A DNA stretch of 63,344 nt, filler included, from Octopus bimaculoides (GCF_001194135.2; 10 parts of 10 records of this genome joined end to end with filler, not necessarily neighbours in it); one strand, 5' to 3'; shown: positions 13,141 through 25,225, numbered from the whole stretch's first letter. Made by a program: numbers and translations. Notes: generated by a model from the sequence alone, not told the origin.

Positions 13141-14287
13141 AAGGGACCTTTGTATATATAACAATACAAACGTTAAACCATTTTCTTATGAGGTAACAGC
13201 ATATAGAGTTGTAAATATGTACATATTCACTCTCACACACATACACACTCACATACACTCTCTTTCTTACTTTCTCATTAACAAAGATACTCACACATAC
13301 ACACGTACCTATATGAAAATGTTAAAATATTTACGTATATATAAATGTTAAAATAAGGTTATTTTAAACCAAGTTTAAGAACAACAAAGGAACATTTCCT
13401 GATGATGTGATTCTAAAGAGAGTAGCGTCAAGTCATTGTGAAGATTAAGTAGACTAGAACTTTAATTTTCATCCATCGGCTTATTCAAACAAGTTCGTTG
13501 ACCTATGCGTGTGTAGGGTGTGTATGTATGTATGTATGTATGTATGTATGTATGTATTTATGTATGCATATATGCATGTATATATACATATACATATATA
13601 TATATATATATATACATATANNNNNNNNNNNNNNNNNNNNNNNNNNNNNNNNNNNNNNNNNNNNNNNNNNNNNNNNNNNNNNNNNNNNNNNNNNNNNNNN
13701 NNNNNNNNNNNNNNNNNNNNNNNNNNNNNNNNNNNNNNNNNNNNNNNNNNNNNNNNNNNNNNNNNNNNNNNNNNNNNNNNNNNNNNNNNNNNNNNNNNNN
13801 NNNNNNNNNNNNNNNNNNNNNNNNNNNNNNNNNNNNNNNNNNNNNNNNNNATATATATATAGATGGATAATCTTACTTGGAGACTTGTGACTGCAGACAG
13901 AACACATTCATGTAATGTTATAAGCCTCTTTCAACCAACTTTGTATGAGAACGCATTATTTTCAATAGTAAAAGTTATAACTTAATACAAGCGCCTCGTG
14001 TATTCTATCTTCTTGTTGTGATGAGCAGATACAGTAACTTCCTTCTCTCTTATACTAACTAAATGATAGTGTGTCATTAAGCCAATGTTACTACCAAAAA
14101 TGGATAACACTATAAGGTACTTAAATTGAGGCACCTTTTTAGGTCAGAATAACCTGGATATCCAACAATATTAAGTGAATATCAGATTGACGCCGGCCAC
14201 ATGATATTCTTGCAGTGTATGCAGCTAATGTATGCATATATACACGTACATACATATAATACATATATGTATACATATATACATACA

Positions 14288-14323
<36 letters not shown>

Positions 14324-14339
14324 TATATATACACGTACG

Positions 14340-14378
<39 letters not shown>

Positions 14379-14422
14379 NNNNNNNNNNNNNNNNNNNNNN
14401 NNNNNNNNNNNNNNNNNNNNNN

Positions 14423-14434
14423 TTAATTAATTAA
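14423..14434. other. Artificial assembly linker TTAATTAATTAA within a 100-bp N spacer; also at 33546, 41500, 43371, 44516, 55245, 56560, 59825, 61882
   Basis: Identical 12-mer with stop codons in all six frames, flanked by about 44 N on each side, nine times. Confidence 0.95.
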
Positions 14435-14481
14435 NNNNNNNNNNNNNNNNNNNNNNNNNNNNNNNNNNNNNNNNNNNNTAT

Positions 14482-14516
<35 letters not shown>

Positions 14517-14800
14517 TGTATGTATGTATGTATTTGCATATATAGTATATATTTATTTCCATATATATACACACGAGGTGGGGGGTAAGTGTATGCAGGG
14601 ATTTTCTATGAACTTGATTAAAAATAGTATCGGTATACACCATAGAAATCTATCTAAACATCAGCTGCGGTGCATATAGATATTATCTACACATGTGTAT
14701 GTATGAGTGTATGTATGTATGTATGTATGTATGTATATACGTGTGTGTGTATGTGTGTATGTATGTATATACGTATGTATGTATGCATGGATATATATTT

Positions 14801-14840
<40 letters not shown>

Positions 14841-14864
14841 TCTATATTTTTTGGCATATATATA

Positions 14865-14897
<33 letters not shown>

Positions 14898-15199
14898 CTG
14901 TTACAGACTCATAGAGTATTTAACACGTGTTTTCCTCAGAGAGTGAAGTGTGTGTGGGAGATGCGTAAAATCAACGCACGCGTCTATTAAGTATACCTCA
15001 CACGTACTTACTTCACACAACTACCGAAGCACACAGACATGCACACACTCACTCACGCACACACACACACACACACACATACACACACACATACGCACAT
15101 TAACACACACGTGTGCGTATGCATGTATGTATGTATGTATGAATGTATGTATGTATGTATGTATGTATGTATGTATGTATGTATGTATGTATGTATGTA

Positions 15200-15263
<64 letters not shown>

Positions 15264-15345
15264 CTTTTCTACTATAAGAAGCAGTGCACAAGCACTCAGC
15301 TCTGAGGGAAAAGCTTCTTATAGCAGAAACAGCTTTGAGCTAATG

Positions 15346-15680
15346 AAGTTGATGAAGCTGATTATGTGGTTGATCTTCCTTGGTCATTCGTTAATTAATG
15401 TTCCGCTCTGCATTCTACCAACGCTTTTCTTTGTAAATGACTGGTCATTCGTATCGGAATGCGTAAGCGATGTGTGTCTGTGTGTGCGTGTGCGTGCGTG
15501 CGTGCGTGTGTGTGTGTATGTATTAAGGGCTTCTACAGAGGCGTGGCTATATGGTAAGAAGCTTGATTCCCAACCACATGGCTCACTGCGTGGAACCTTC
15601 TATGTATGTGCGTGTGTATGTATGTATGTATGTATTATTAGTAGAAGTAAAGTGGTGAGTCGGCTGAATCGTTAGCACGC
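15346..15680. repeat. Copy 1 of a diverged composite duplication (unique block + TG tract + SINE B head + SINE A head)
   Basis: Collinear with 17941-18240, starting gaagttgatgaagctgatt. Confidence 0.85.
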
Positions 15681-15865
15681 CGGGCGAAATGCTCAGCGAC
15701 ATTTCGTCAGTCTTTACGTTCTGATTTCAAATTCTGCTGAGGTCGACTTTGCCTTTCATTCTTTCGAGGGTCGATAAATTAAGTCCCAGCTGAACACTTA
15801 GGTCGAGGCAATCAACCAGTCCCCTCCCTCAAAATTGCTGCCCTTGTGCCAAAATTTTAAATCAC
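15645..15865 (+). mobile_element. SINE family A, near full length
   Basis: ggtgagtcggctgaatcgttagcacgccgggcgaaatgctcagcg...ttcaaattctgctgaggtcgac. Confidence 0.85.
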
Positions 15866-15981
15866 TATGTAGCTGAGTGACTCAAGGTCCTTGAGTCACT
15901 CTGTGATTTCTACTAGATATTAATAATAACATATACTCATNNNNNNNNNNGTTAAATGCAGGTGTTATTCAAATTCTTTTA

Positions 15982-16068
15982 CTTCCGACACATGTTTCGA
16001 AGACAACAGTGGTATTATTCCAAAGGAACAAAATGGTGTAAAACAATGTAATCTTCTCATCAGGGAAA
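15982..16068 (-). ncRNA. Minimal type-I hammerhead ribozyme motif with intact core (Penelope-like element type)
   Basis: Minus strand reads UUUCC-CUGAUGA-GAAGAU-[46 nt]-GUCUUC-GAAA-C-AUGU-GUC-GGAAG: stem I 5 bp, stem II 6 bp closed by G-C, stem III 2 bp with a self-complementary loop, GUC cleavage triplet. Confidence 0.75.
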
Positions 16069-16789
16069 GAAAGAAATAAACCAAACTCATCAATAAGACA
16101 TTTTAACAGAATGTGATGGATGTGTATAATGATGAACGGAACGCCAGCCTATAGAAAGAGGAGGGTTAAATGAGAAATATAGAGCGATATGTGAATTAAA
16201 TAAAAGCTTAAAGGCTTGGAAAAAGATAGATCTAGTGGAACTGAAATGTAAGAAGAAAATCAATGTTCAAATTATAAAGAATAGTAGATATCACGTATAT
16301 GAACTAAAGGGATTTTTCTGCCAATGTTTACATCGATAAGCACGCTCTATAACCGTGTTTACAAGGGGATTCTTAGAAGAACAAAAAGAAAATAGTTCAG
16401 TATTACAGAGTTGGCAGAATTCTTTGCCTTTATCATATGTTCTAAAAGACCATAATAAACAATTTAATTTAGTTTGGTTGATACATACATATATATANNN
16501 NNNNNNNNNNNNNNNNNNNNNNNNNNNNNNNNNNNNNNNNNNNNNNNNNNNNNNNNNNNNNNNNNNNNNNNNNNNNNNNNNNNNNNNNNNNNNNNNNNNN
16601 NNNNNNNNNNNNNNNNNNNNNNNNNNNNNNNNNNNNNNNNNNNNNNNNNNNNNNNNNNNNNNNNNNNNNNNNNNNNNNNNNNNNNNNNNNNNNNNNNNNN
16701 NNNNNNNNNNNNNNNNNNNNNNNNNNNNNNNNNNNNNNNNNNNNNNNNNNNNNNNNNNNNNNNNNNNNNNNNNNNNNNNNNNNNNNNNN

Positions 16790-16832
<43 letters not shown>

Positions 16833-17792
16833 ATATATATGTTTATATATACATACATGTATGTATGCAATCAGACACTCGTACACACACCCACATGCAT
16901 AAATGTGCCTGTAGAAATGTGGCTGGAATTGCGTTTCTCCCAGCTTTCTGCTGTAGTGTGTGTGTGCGCATGATACCTTTGCGTTGTGTATGTGTGTGTG
17001 TGTGTGTGTGTGTATGATATCTTTGCATTGTGTTTATGAGAGTGATTATGAGAATGTTTGTGTAAATGTGTGAATATCTTTGTGTTATGTATGTATGTGT
17101 GTGTGTTTATAAGCGCTTATTTTCTGTGTATTTTGTATACATACACAAACATACATCCAACTTCCTTGTCTCTCTCTCCCTCTCTCTCTTTTCCACTGTC
17201 TTCCTCTCTCCTCCTCTCTCTCTCTCTCTCTCACACACACAGAGGACATGTTTATCCGTGCATGATGAAATCTGCATAAAAAAAAAGAATCAACGCATCG
17301 CCGCCCTTGTAGTTGCCGTTACCGTATAGCCTAAAGTAGTGGTGTAGGTGTTGGTGGCGGAGCTGGTGGTGGTACAAGTGACCTTTATCTGTGTTACACA
17401 AAAGGCATCCCCCACCCAACCAAAAAAAAAAAAAACCCCACCTCCACTACGAAAACAACAACAAAAGCAACTGCAAAAATTCTTATCACTTCAGATCCGC
17501 ATTTCTGCGTTCGTTGGATGTCAGTGGGTTAGCGAGAGAAAGAATGGACAAATATTCATATTCTATTCATATGATTTTCATATGATTTTCATATGATTAC
17601 AATACGTTATATGATTTCTCTATATCCCAACACATTAGCTCATTAATTAACTTTCGTCAGCGTTTGTAAACATTAAAATAAAATAAATCGTTATTGTCCA
17701 TGTATTTTAATTCAACACCATTGTAACTGAGAGTATATTTTACACTATATTTATATGTGTGTGTGTGAGCGCGCAAGCGTGTACATATATAG

Positions 17793-17868
<76 letters not shown>

Positions 17869-17940
17869 TTTCTTATGCGTTTGAGCTCCCAAGGGCTGTG
17901 GCCATGCTGGGGCCCATTCCAAAGGCCAATCGTATGCGAT

Positions 17941-18240
17941 TGAAGTTGATGAAGCTGATTCTGTGATTTATGTTCCTTTGTCATTCGTTAGGTAATGTTA
18001 CGCTCTGTATCCTCCCAACACTTTTCTCAATAAACGACCCGTCATTTGCATCGCGATGTGTATGTGTGTGTGTGTGTGTGTGTCTGTGTGTATTACGGAC
18101 TTCCACAGAAGCGTGGCTATATGGTAATAACCTTGTTTGCCGACCACGTGGCTCCGGGTTTGGTCACACTACGTGGCTCCTTTTATGTGTGTATGTATAT
18201 TTATTTACTAGAAGTAAGGTGACGAGCTGGCAGAATTTAT
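17941..18240. repeat. Copy 2 of the diverged composite duplication
   Basis: Collinear with 15346-15680. Confidence 0.85.
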
Positions 18241-18641
18241 TGTAGTAAGTTTGACTTACAGATGTTTCCGGTATATGATTATAGGCTCGTTCATTGATCA
18301 GTTTAATCAATCGGTCCATTGATCGGGCTGAGAAAAATTGGAAAAACCGTAAATACCTAATGCTATCCTCATTGGAGTTACACACACACACACACACACA
18401 TACACACACACATGATGCATACATACACACATAATGCATGCATACACACACACACACACACACTCACACACACAAATCTTAGCCGTCACTAGCGAGCGAG
18501 TAAGACATGGTAACGTGTAACACGCTTTCATGATTATTTGAGATGAGTGTATATATAGGGGAGAATTCACAATAAAATAAAAGATAGGTGGTGTAGACAA
18601 CAAACAGAAATATTAGTTTTATGCTCGGGAAGTGAAAAGGT

Positions 18642-18677
18642 CTTTAACGTTTCGAGCCTACGCTCTTCCACAGAAAG
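18642..18677 (-). ncRNA. Hammerhead-like motif with A6U core substitution
   Basis: Minus strand: CUUU-CUGUGGA-A-GAGC-GUAG-GCUC-GAAA-CGU-U-AAAG. Confidence 0.5.
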
Positions 18678-18699
18678 GAACACTCACACACACACGTCT

Positions 18700-18900
18700 T
18701 TTATCTTTTATTTGTTTCATCCAACAGACTGCGGCCATGCTGGGGTATTGCCTAGAAGAAGTTTAGTCGAATACATCGACCCCCAGTACTTGTTTTTATT
18801 TTTGCTATTTTTTTCTTTTTAGGCCTGGTACATACTCTATCGGTCTTTTTCGCTGAAGCGCTAATGTTATGGGGTTGACAAGCAGAAGCGGTGGTGGGAG
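18700..18900 (-). mobile_element. SINE family B, 3' half
   Basis: gactgcggccatgctgg...tcgaccccc agtacttg...ctatcggtcttttt matches the reverse complement of 19985-20195. Confidence 0.7.
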
Positions 18901-19072
18901 ATAAAAAAAAGAAAAGACACACATATACACGCACACACACACACACAAACAAACAAACATATATAGATAATAATATTCCTATTATAAGGCGGCATTCGTG
19001 TGTCCTCATGATATATATATATATATATATATGTAAATATAATATGTGACAATTATTCTGTAGCCATGATAA

Positions 19073-19123
19073 AACTCCGAGTTTCTGATGTCGAGGCAGA
19101 AACCCACGCCGTCATGTCTTCAG
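19073..19123 (-). ncRNA. Hammerhead-like motif truncated by an assembly gap
   Basis: Minus strand: CUGAAGA-[31 nt, partial stem AUG/CAU + GGC/GCC]-GAAA-CUC-G-GAG-U-U; 5' stem I arm lies in Ns; stem II closure is non-canonical. Confidence 0.4.
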
Positions 19124-19782
19124 NNNNNNNNNNNNNNNNNNNNNNNNNNNNNNNNNNNNNNNNNNNNNNNNNNNNNNNNNNNNNNNNNNNNNNNNNNNNN
19201 NNNNNNNNNNNNNNNNNNNNNNNNNNNNNNNNNNNNNNNNNNNNNNNNNNNNNNNNNNNNNNNNNNNNNNNNNNNNNNNNNNNNNNNNNNNNNNNNNNNN
19301 NNNNNNNNNNNNNNNNNNNNNNNNNNNNNNNNNNNNNNNNNNNNNNNNNNNNNNNNNNNNNNNNNNNNNNNNNNNNNNNNNNNNNNNNNNNNNNNNNNNN
19401 NNNNNNNNNNNNNNNNNNNNNNNNNNNNNNNNNNNNNNNNNNNNNNNNNNNNNNNNNNNNNNNNNNNNNNNNNNNNNNNNNNNNNNNNNNNNNNNNNNNN
19501 NNNNNNNNNNNNNNNNNNNNNNNNNNNNNNNNNNNNNNNNNNNNNNNNNNNNNNNNNNNNNNNNNNNNNNNNNNNNNNNNNNNNNNNNNNNNNNNNNNNN
19601 NNNNNNNNNNNNNNNNNNNNNNNNNNNNNNNNNNNNNNNNNNNNNNNNNNNNNNNNNNNNNNNNNNNNNNNNNNNNNNNNNNNNNNNNNNNNNNNNNNNN
19701 NNNNNNNNNNNNNNNNNNNNNNNNNNNNNNNNNNNNNNNNNNNNNNNNNNNNNNNNNNNNNNNNNNNNNNNNTACATGCACT

Positions 19783-19946
19783 GGGCGCAGGAGTGGCTGT
19801 GTGGTAAGTAGCTTGCTTACCAACCACATGGTTCCGGGTTCAGTCCGACTGCGTGGCACCTTGGGTAAGTGTCTTCTACTATAGCCTCGGGCCGACCAAA
19901 GCCCTGTGAATGGATTTGGTAGACGGAAACTGAAAGAAGCCCGTCG

Positions 19947-19977
<31 letters not shown>

Positions 19978-20195
19978 ATGTTTGTGTGTCTGTGTTTGGC
20001 CCCCCCCCACCAACAACGCTTGATAACCGATGCTGGTGTGTTTACGTCCCCGTAGCTTAGCGGTTCGACAAGAAAGGCCGATACAATAAGTACTAGGCTT
20101 CAAAGAATAAATCCTGGAGCCGATTTGCTTGACTAAAGGCGGTGCTCCAGCATGGCCGCAGTCAAATGACTGACACAAATAAAAGAATAAAAATT
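19783..20195 (+). mobile_element. SINE family B, full length (tRNA head, CORE-like segment, internal TA/TG tract, 3' tail)
   Basis: ggcgcaggagtggctgtgtggtaag (A box), gggttcagtcc (B box), gcaccttgggtaagtgtcttctac (resembles the CORE-SINE core), ends gcagtcaaatgactgacacaaataaaagaataaa. Confidence 0.9.
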
Positions 20196-20821
20196 AAAAA
20201 ATATATATATATATATGTACATATACCTATATATATATATATATACATACGTATAGATATACATATACATATATACATACATATGTATGTATATATATAT
20301 ATATATATACGTGCGTACGCACTTCCATAAACACGCTGACAGACCTATGGAGAGCTGCTAGAACACACAGACACATAATTGCACATTTGTACGAACACAC
20401 AGACACAAACAGCAAGCACCTGCGCTTTTTCTCATTCCTCCTCTCACTCTCACTCTCTCTCCCACCCTTCCGCTCTCTGTCTGTCTCTCACTTTCTTTCT
20501 CTTTCTCTCTCTCTCTTTCATACGCATACACACATATACACGCACATGCGCGTGCAGATGCACTTAGAATGACATACTGACATACATATCGGTATACCTA
20601 AACCCAACAGAGAGTGACATACTGACACACATTAATACATATGCATAAGTAAACATGTGTATGTGTTTGTGTGTGTGCGTGCGTATATATGTGTGTGTGT
20701 GTATTTAAAAAATATACATACATATAAATGATCATATATTCATACCTATCTATTTGTCTACACACACACACACAAACATACACACCCTCACATATATATA
20801 TGCATATATACGTATAGATAT

Positions 20822-20904
<83 letters not shown>

Positions 20905-21706
20905 TGTATGTATGTGTGTATGTATGTGTGTATGTATGTGTGTATGTATGTGTGTATGTATATATGTATGTTTGTATCTCTGTATTAACACGCGGTAAAC
21001 CGGAAGTCCCTTTAGCATTGAAACAGGCAAATGAAACTTTCATTTCTTTATTTTTATTTTGTTAGTTTGTTTTGACATTATTTTAGTACGCTCTTCCTTA
21101 GTTTGTTTTGATTATATACAGACGTATGTACACACGTATGTATGTATGTATGTATGTATGTATGTATGTATGTATGTATGTATGTATGTATGTATGATTG
21201 TATGTATATACACACACAGGTGTATGTATGTGTATGTATTTATCTATCTATCTATGTATGCACGTATGTTTCTATGTATGTATTTATGTATGTTTGTATG
21301 TAGGTATATATGAATTGATGCATGTATGTATATATACATACATGTGTATGTATGTGTATGTATTTATATATGTATATTTGTATGTGAGTATACATCAATT
21401 TATGCGTGTATGTATATACAAACATATTTATGCATGTATGTATATATGTATGTATGCATCTATGTATGTATGTATGTATGTATTTATATATGTGTGTTTG
21501 TACGTAAGTATATATGAATTTATGCGTGTATGTATACACACACACATACATACACACATATATGCATATATACAGACATGGCCTGGGTCAATAATGGCCG
21601 AAACCTATCAAAGTAAGTATCACATGTAATATATGTGTGCATATTTAAGAAATACATATGCATATATTTATACACACACACACACATATATATATATGTA
21701 TGTATA

Positions 21707-21918
21707 TAGAGTGGCCCAAAAATAGGTTTACAGTTATCACGTAGGCACTTCAAATTTCTTCTAAAAACATTTTACTACTTTTAAATTTCTATCTTACAAT
21801 TAACTTAATTAGCATAGAATAATGGTTTCATGTTTTTTATAATTAAGATCTAAAGTGTTACTATATGAATGCGAAAGAAACAGTTGAATAACTGTAAACC
21901 TACTTGTGGGCCACCCTG
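21707..21918. mobile_element. Tc1/mariner-type MITE
   Basis: About 28-bp TIRs tagagtggcccaaaaataggtttacagtt ... aactgtaaacctacttgtgggccaccctg, flanked by TA on both sides. Confidence 0.85.
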
Positions 21919-22249
21919 TATATATNNNNNNNNNNAAAATCATTATAAAATCAATGTTCTTATCAGTGGCTAGCATGCTATAAAAAACCATATAGGTAAG
22001 AATTAATATAGATATAATTATAGATATAATTATAATTGGAGTGTTTGATGTCGTTTTTAGAGTCGTTTGACGTCCATTTCTAGCATGTTGCTACTGTTTC
22101 TCTTTACCCTTAATTATAATTAATTATATCTATATAAATATCTTTCTCTCTCTACAGACAGAACTCTCAGCGCAAGACCTTATTAAAAATTTCAAGTTGT
22201 GTTCACATGGCGTGCTGTAAGGAACCTGGTTACGGATTAGAAACATAGA

Positions 22250-22714
22250 GGTGCTCCTTTGGCGTGTGATCTAGAAGGGAGATTAGTTTAGGGTACTTTT
22301 TAAATTACTTTGGACATACTTAACATTGTAAATGTCTTTTTTCAACATTTTTAGTATTCTAATAGTAAGAAAACCAGATAATAATTAAGACAAGCCCGTA
22401 GATTACCCACCAAAGTTAATTTACTCACGCAGATTACACAGTAAGTAGCACTAACTCAAAGTAAACTAAAAAGTAGCCTAAAGTTATCTCCCTTTAAATT
22501 ATAAATCACACGCCAAAGTGGCTCGTTTCTTTTTCTTAAGAAATGATGTAAATTTAGTGCTGGTTTCTTGTAAAAATGCAACTGCCTTCGTCTCGTTGCT
22601 GATCGCACTGTAAAAATCTCTTGCTAACATCTTACGAGTTTTTAGAAATTGAAAAGTAAATTAAAAAGTAACCTAAAGTAATCTCCCTTTTAGATCACAC
22701 GCCAAAGGAGTACC
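22250..22714. mobile_element. Fold-back/MITE-like element with ~62-bp inverted ends and an internal third copy of the end
   Basis: 22250-22311 is the reverse complement of 22653-22714 with few mismatches; partial direct copy at 22458-22518; no clear TSD. Confidence 0.75.
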
Positions 22715-22919
22715 AGCACATATATGTTATACGTGTATGCTATGTCTTTTCTATAAATATGTTCGAGGTATTAACAGATAGGTGCTTCTGAAAGGAAATA
22801 GGCAACCTTTTCTAATTAAGTTTGTTTAATTATGGCTTAATTACACGTAGGTGTTCTCAGTATAAAAATTGAATCAGTATAAAAATTGAATTTTTGTTCG
22901 TTAGATTGGAGATTTTGAT

Positions 22920-23040
22920 TGGTGGTGGTGGTGGTTGTAGTGGTGGTGGTGGTGGTAGTGGTTGTGGTGGTGGTGGTAGTGGTAGTGGTGGTAGTGGTGG
23001 TGGTCGTGGTGGTGGTGGTGGTAGTGGTGGTGGTGGTGGT
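22920..23040. repeat. (GGT/AGT)n trinucleotide tract
   Basis: Direct sequence. Confidence 0.95.
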
Positions 23041-23367
23041 GAGCGTGGAGTTGATCATGTTATCCACGTGTACCCTAAATACACTCATGCTCACACCTAC
23101 ATAGAAGCGGGTTGTGCGGAAACGTTGCTGCACCCTTTTGTACAGATACAATCATGTGTGCTTAAACACACATACCGACATAGTCATATATACACACCCG
23201 GATACATACATACATACATACATACATACATACATGCACATATACACATGTTCGCATATATAAACATACGTATGTATATCTACACACTCTCTCTCATACG
23301 CAAACATGCGAGAGCGCGCACATCCCCACACATACACGCACGCACACATACACATGTCCGTCTACAC

Positions 23368-23699
23368 CAAGGCTGACCAACCTGAGGCCCGCGGGCCACA
23401 TGCAGTCCGCAGACTTTTATCGTGTGGCCCACTTGATACTTTCTTGAAATGGGTTTATTTAAACATACATTAAAAAAAATTCTATCAAAAATTAAAGATT
23501 GTAATGAAAAGTAAAAAAGAAAGATACTACTGTTTTAGCAACGTTAATATTTCATGTTGAATCAACAATCATTCATTCATTGTTGTAATAATAGCACGAG
23601 AAAGCAAAATGCTTTCAATTCTGTCAGTATAGAAGCGGTCCTCAAAAAACTTTCTGTGATTAAAGTGGACCGCAATGTAATTCAAGTTGGCCAAGTCTG
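23368..23699. mobile_element. Non-autonomous hAT (Charlie-like) element
   Basis: TIRs caaggctgaccaac / gttggccaagtctg, subterminal ggcccgcgggccac, 8-bp TSD gtctacac / ttctatac (6 of 8 identical). Confidence 0.85.
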
Positions 23700-23843
23700 T
23701 TCTATACAGAGGTATGCATACATACATATACCTACATAGTCACGCATACGCTAAGATACACACTTATAAACACACACACACTAACAGTACTCTCGGTGAT
23801 TTTCAGAAGGATGTTCGATTTGGAAAATGAAGAGTATTACTTA

Positions 23844-23971
23844 TTAATTCGACCCCGAAAGGATAAAAGGCAAAGTCGACCTCGGCGGAATTAGAACTCA
23901 GAACGTAACGGCAGACGAAATACCGCTAAGCATTTCGCCCGGCGTGCTAACGTTTCTGCCCGCTCGCCGCC
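23844..23971 (-). mobile_element. SINE family A, 5' half
   Basis: Reverse complement gives ggcggcgagcgggcagaaacgttagcacgccgggcgaaatgcttagcggtatttcg. Confidence 0.9.
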
Positions 23972-25083
23972 TTGTATGAACAATAATATTGATACACGTT
24001 ATCAATTGCACGTCGTTCTTGTTTTTGTTGTCATCGCTGGCGTCGTCATAACTTTTAGTGTTGTTTTAGCTGTTGTTGTTGTTGTTATTGTCATCACTAT
24101 CGTTGTCATAGTTTTTCTGGTTGTTGTTGTTGTTGTTGTTCATATGTTTATCTTGAGCTGCCATCATCATATTTGATGTTTATTTGATGTTTAAAATCAA
24201 ATAAATCAAAACCAAAACAATATCCCCACCACAAAAAACACCAACATTTCTTCACACACCACCTCCCTATTTCACTTACACGCCCACCGCACGCCGCCCT
24301 ACACCCAAATCTTTGTAATTTAAGATGTCCTACCCTGAATCATACCCCCACCCCCCTTCTAATCAGCAACGATATCAGAGGAAACAACTTCGAAATTTCG
24401 GAACAGTCTTTATAGTTGAGATCATGAAACCCCTCGGGGCCCGTTACTGGTGAGGAAGTACCAAGTACTGCCGCCACAGAGATTTCACAAGGAATTAACA
24501 TTGCTGTCCGCCTCGACAATATTTTTCTATGGTGTTTCTCGAGGCACGGATCCGTGTTTCGATGTACGTATGTGCTTGTCTCTTTGTGTGTGTGTAGTGG
24601 GGTATGAATGTACGTTCACATATTTTCATGTGGGTGAGTGCGTGTACATATATGTGTTTGGTTATATGTGATTGTGTGTGCGTGAGTGAGAGAGAGACAG
24701 AGAGAGTAGGTGTGTGTGTGTGTACATACACGTGCGCATATATAAACACATACATATTTATACATATATACATATATATATATATGTGTGTGTGAATGGA
24801 TGGATGTAAATATGTATGTGTGCATGTGCGCATTTGTGTGTGCATATGTCTTTGGTTACATTTGATTATATGTATGAGAGAGTGTGTGCGTGTGAGTGTG
24901 TGCGTGCGTGTATAGTTGTCTATGCATATGTGTATATATGTATAGTGGTATACATGTATGCATGTTTATATTTTGATACGCGTGTATGATTGTGTGTGGC
25001 TATATGCGTGTATCAATGTGTATGCATATATGTGTCATTCTTTACATATTCATGATATACGTTTATTATATATATATAGATAG

Positions 25084-25225
25084 ATATTATTATAAGATCT
25101 GGTAATTAGTCATATATTAATATATTAATTAATATCGATTAATTATCAGGGGGCCAGCACATTTAAAGAATCAAAGAGATTCAGAAATATTATATATGAC
25201 TAATTACCAGATCTTATAATAATAT
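25084..25225. repeat. Perfect 34-bp inverted repeat with 74-nt spacer (MITE-like)
   Basis: atattattataagatctggtaattagtcatatat at 25084-25117; exact reverse complement at 25192-25225. Confidence 0.85.
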
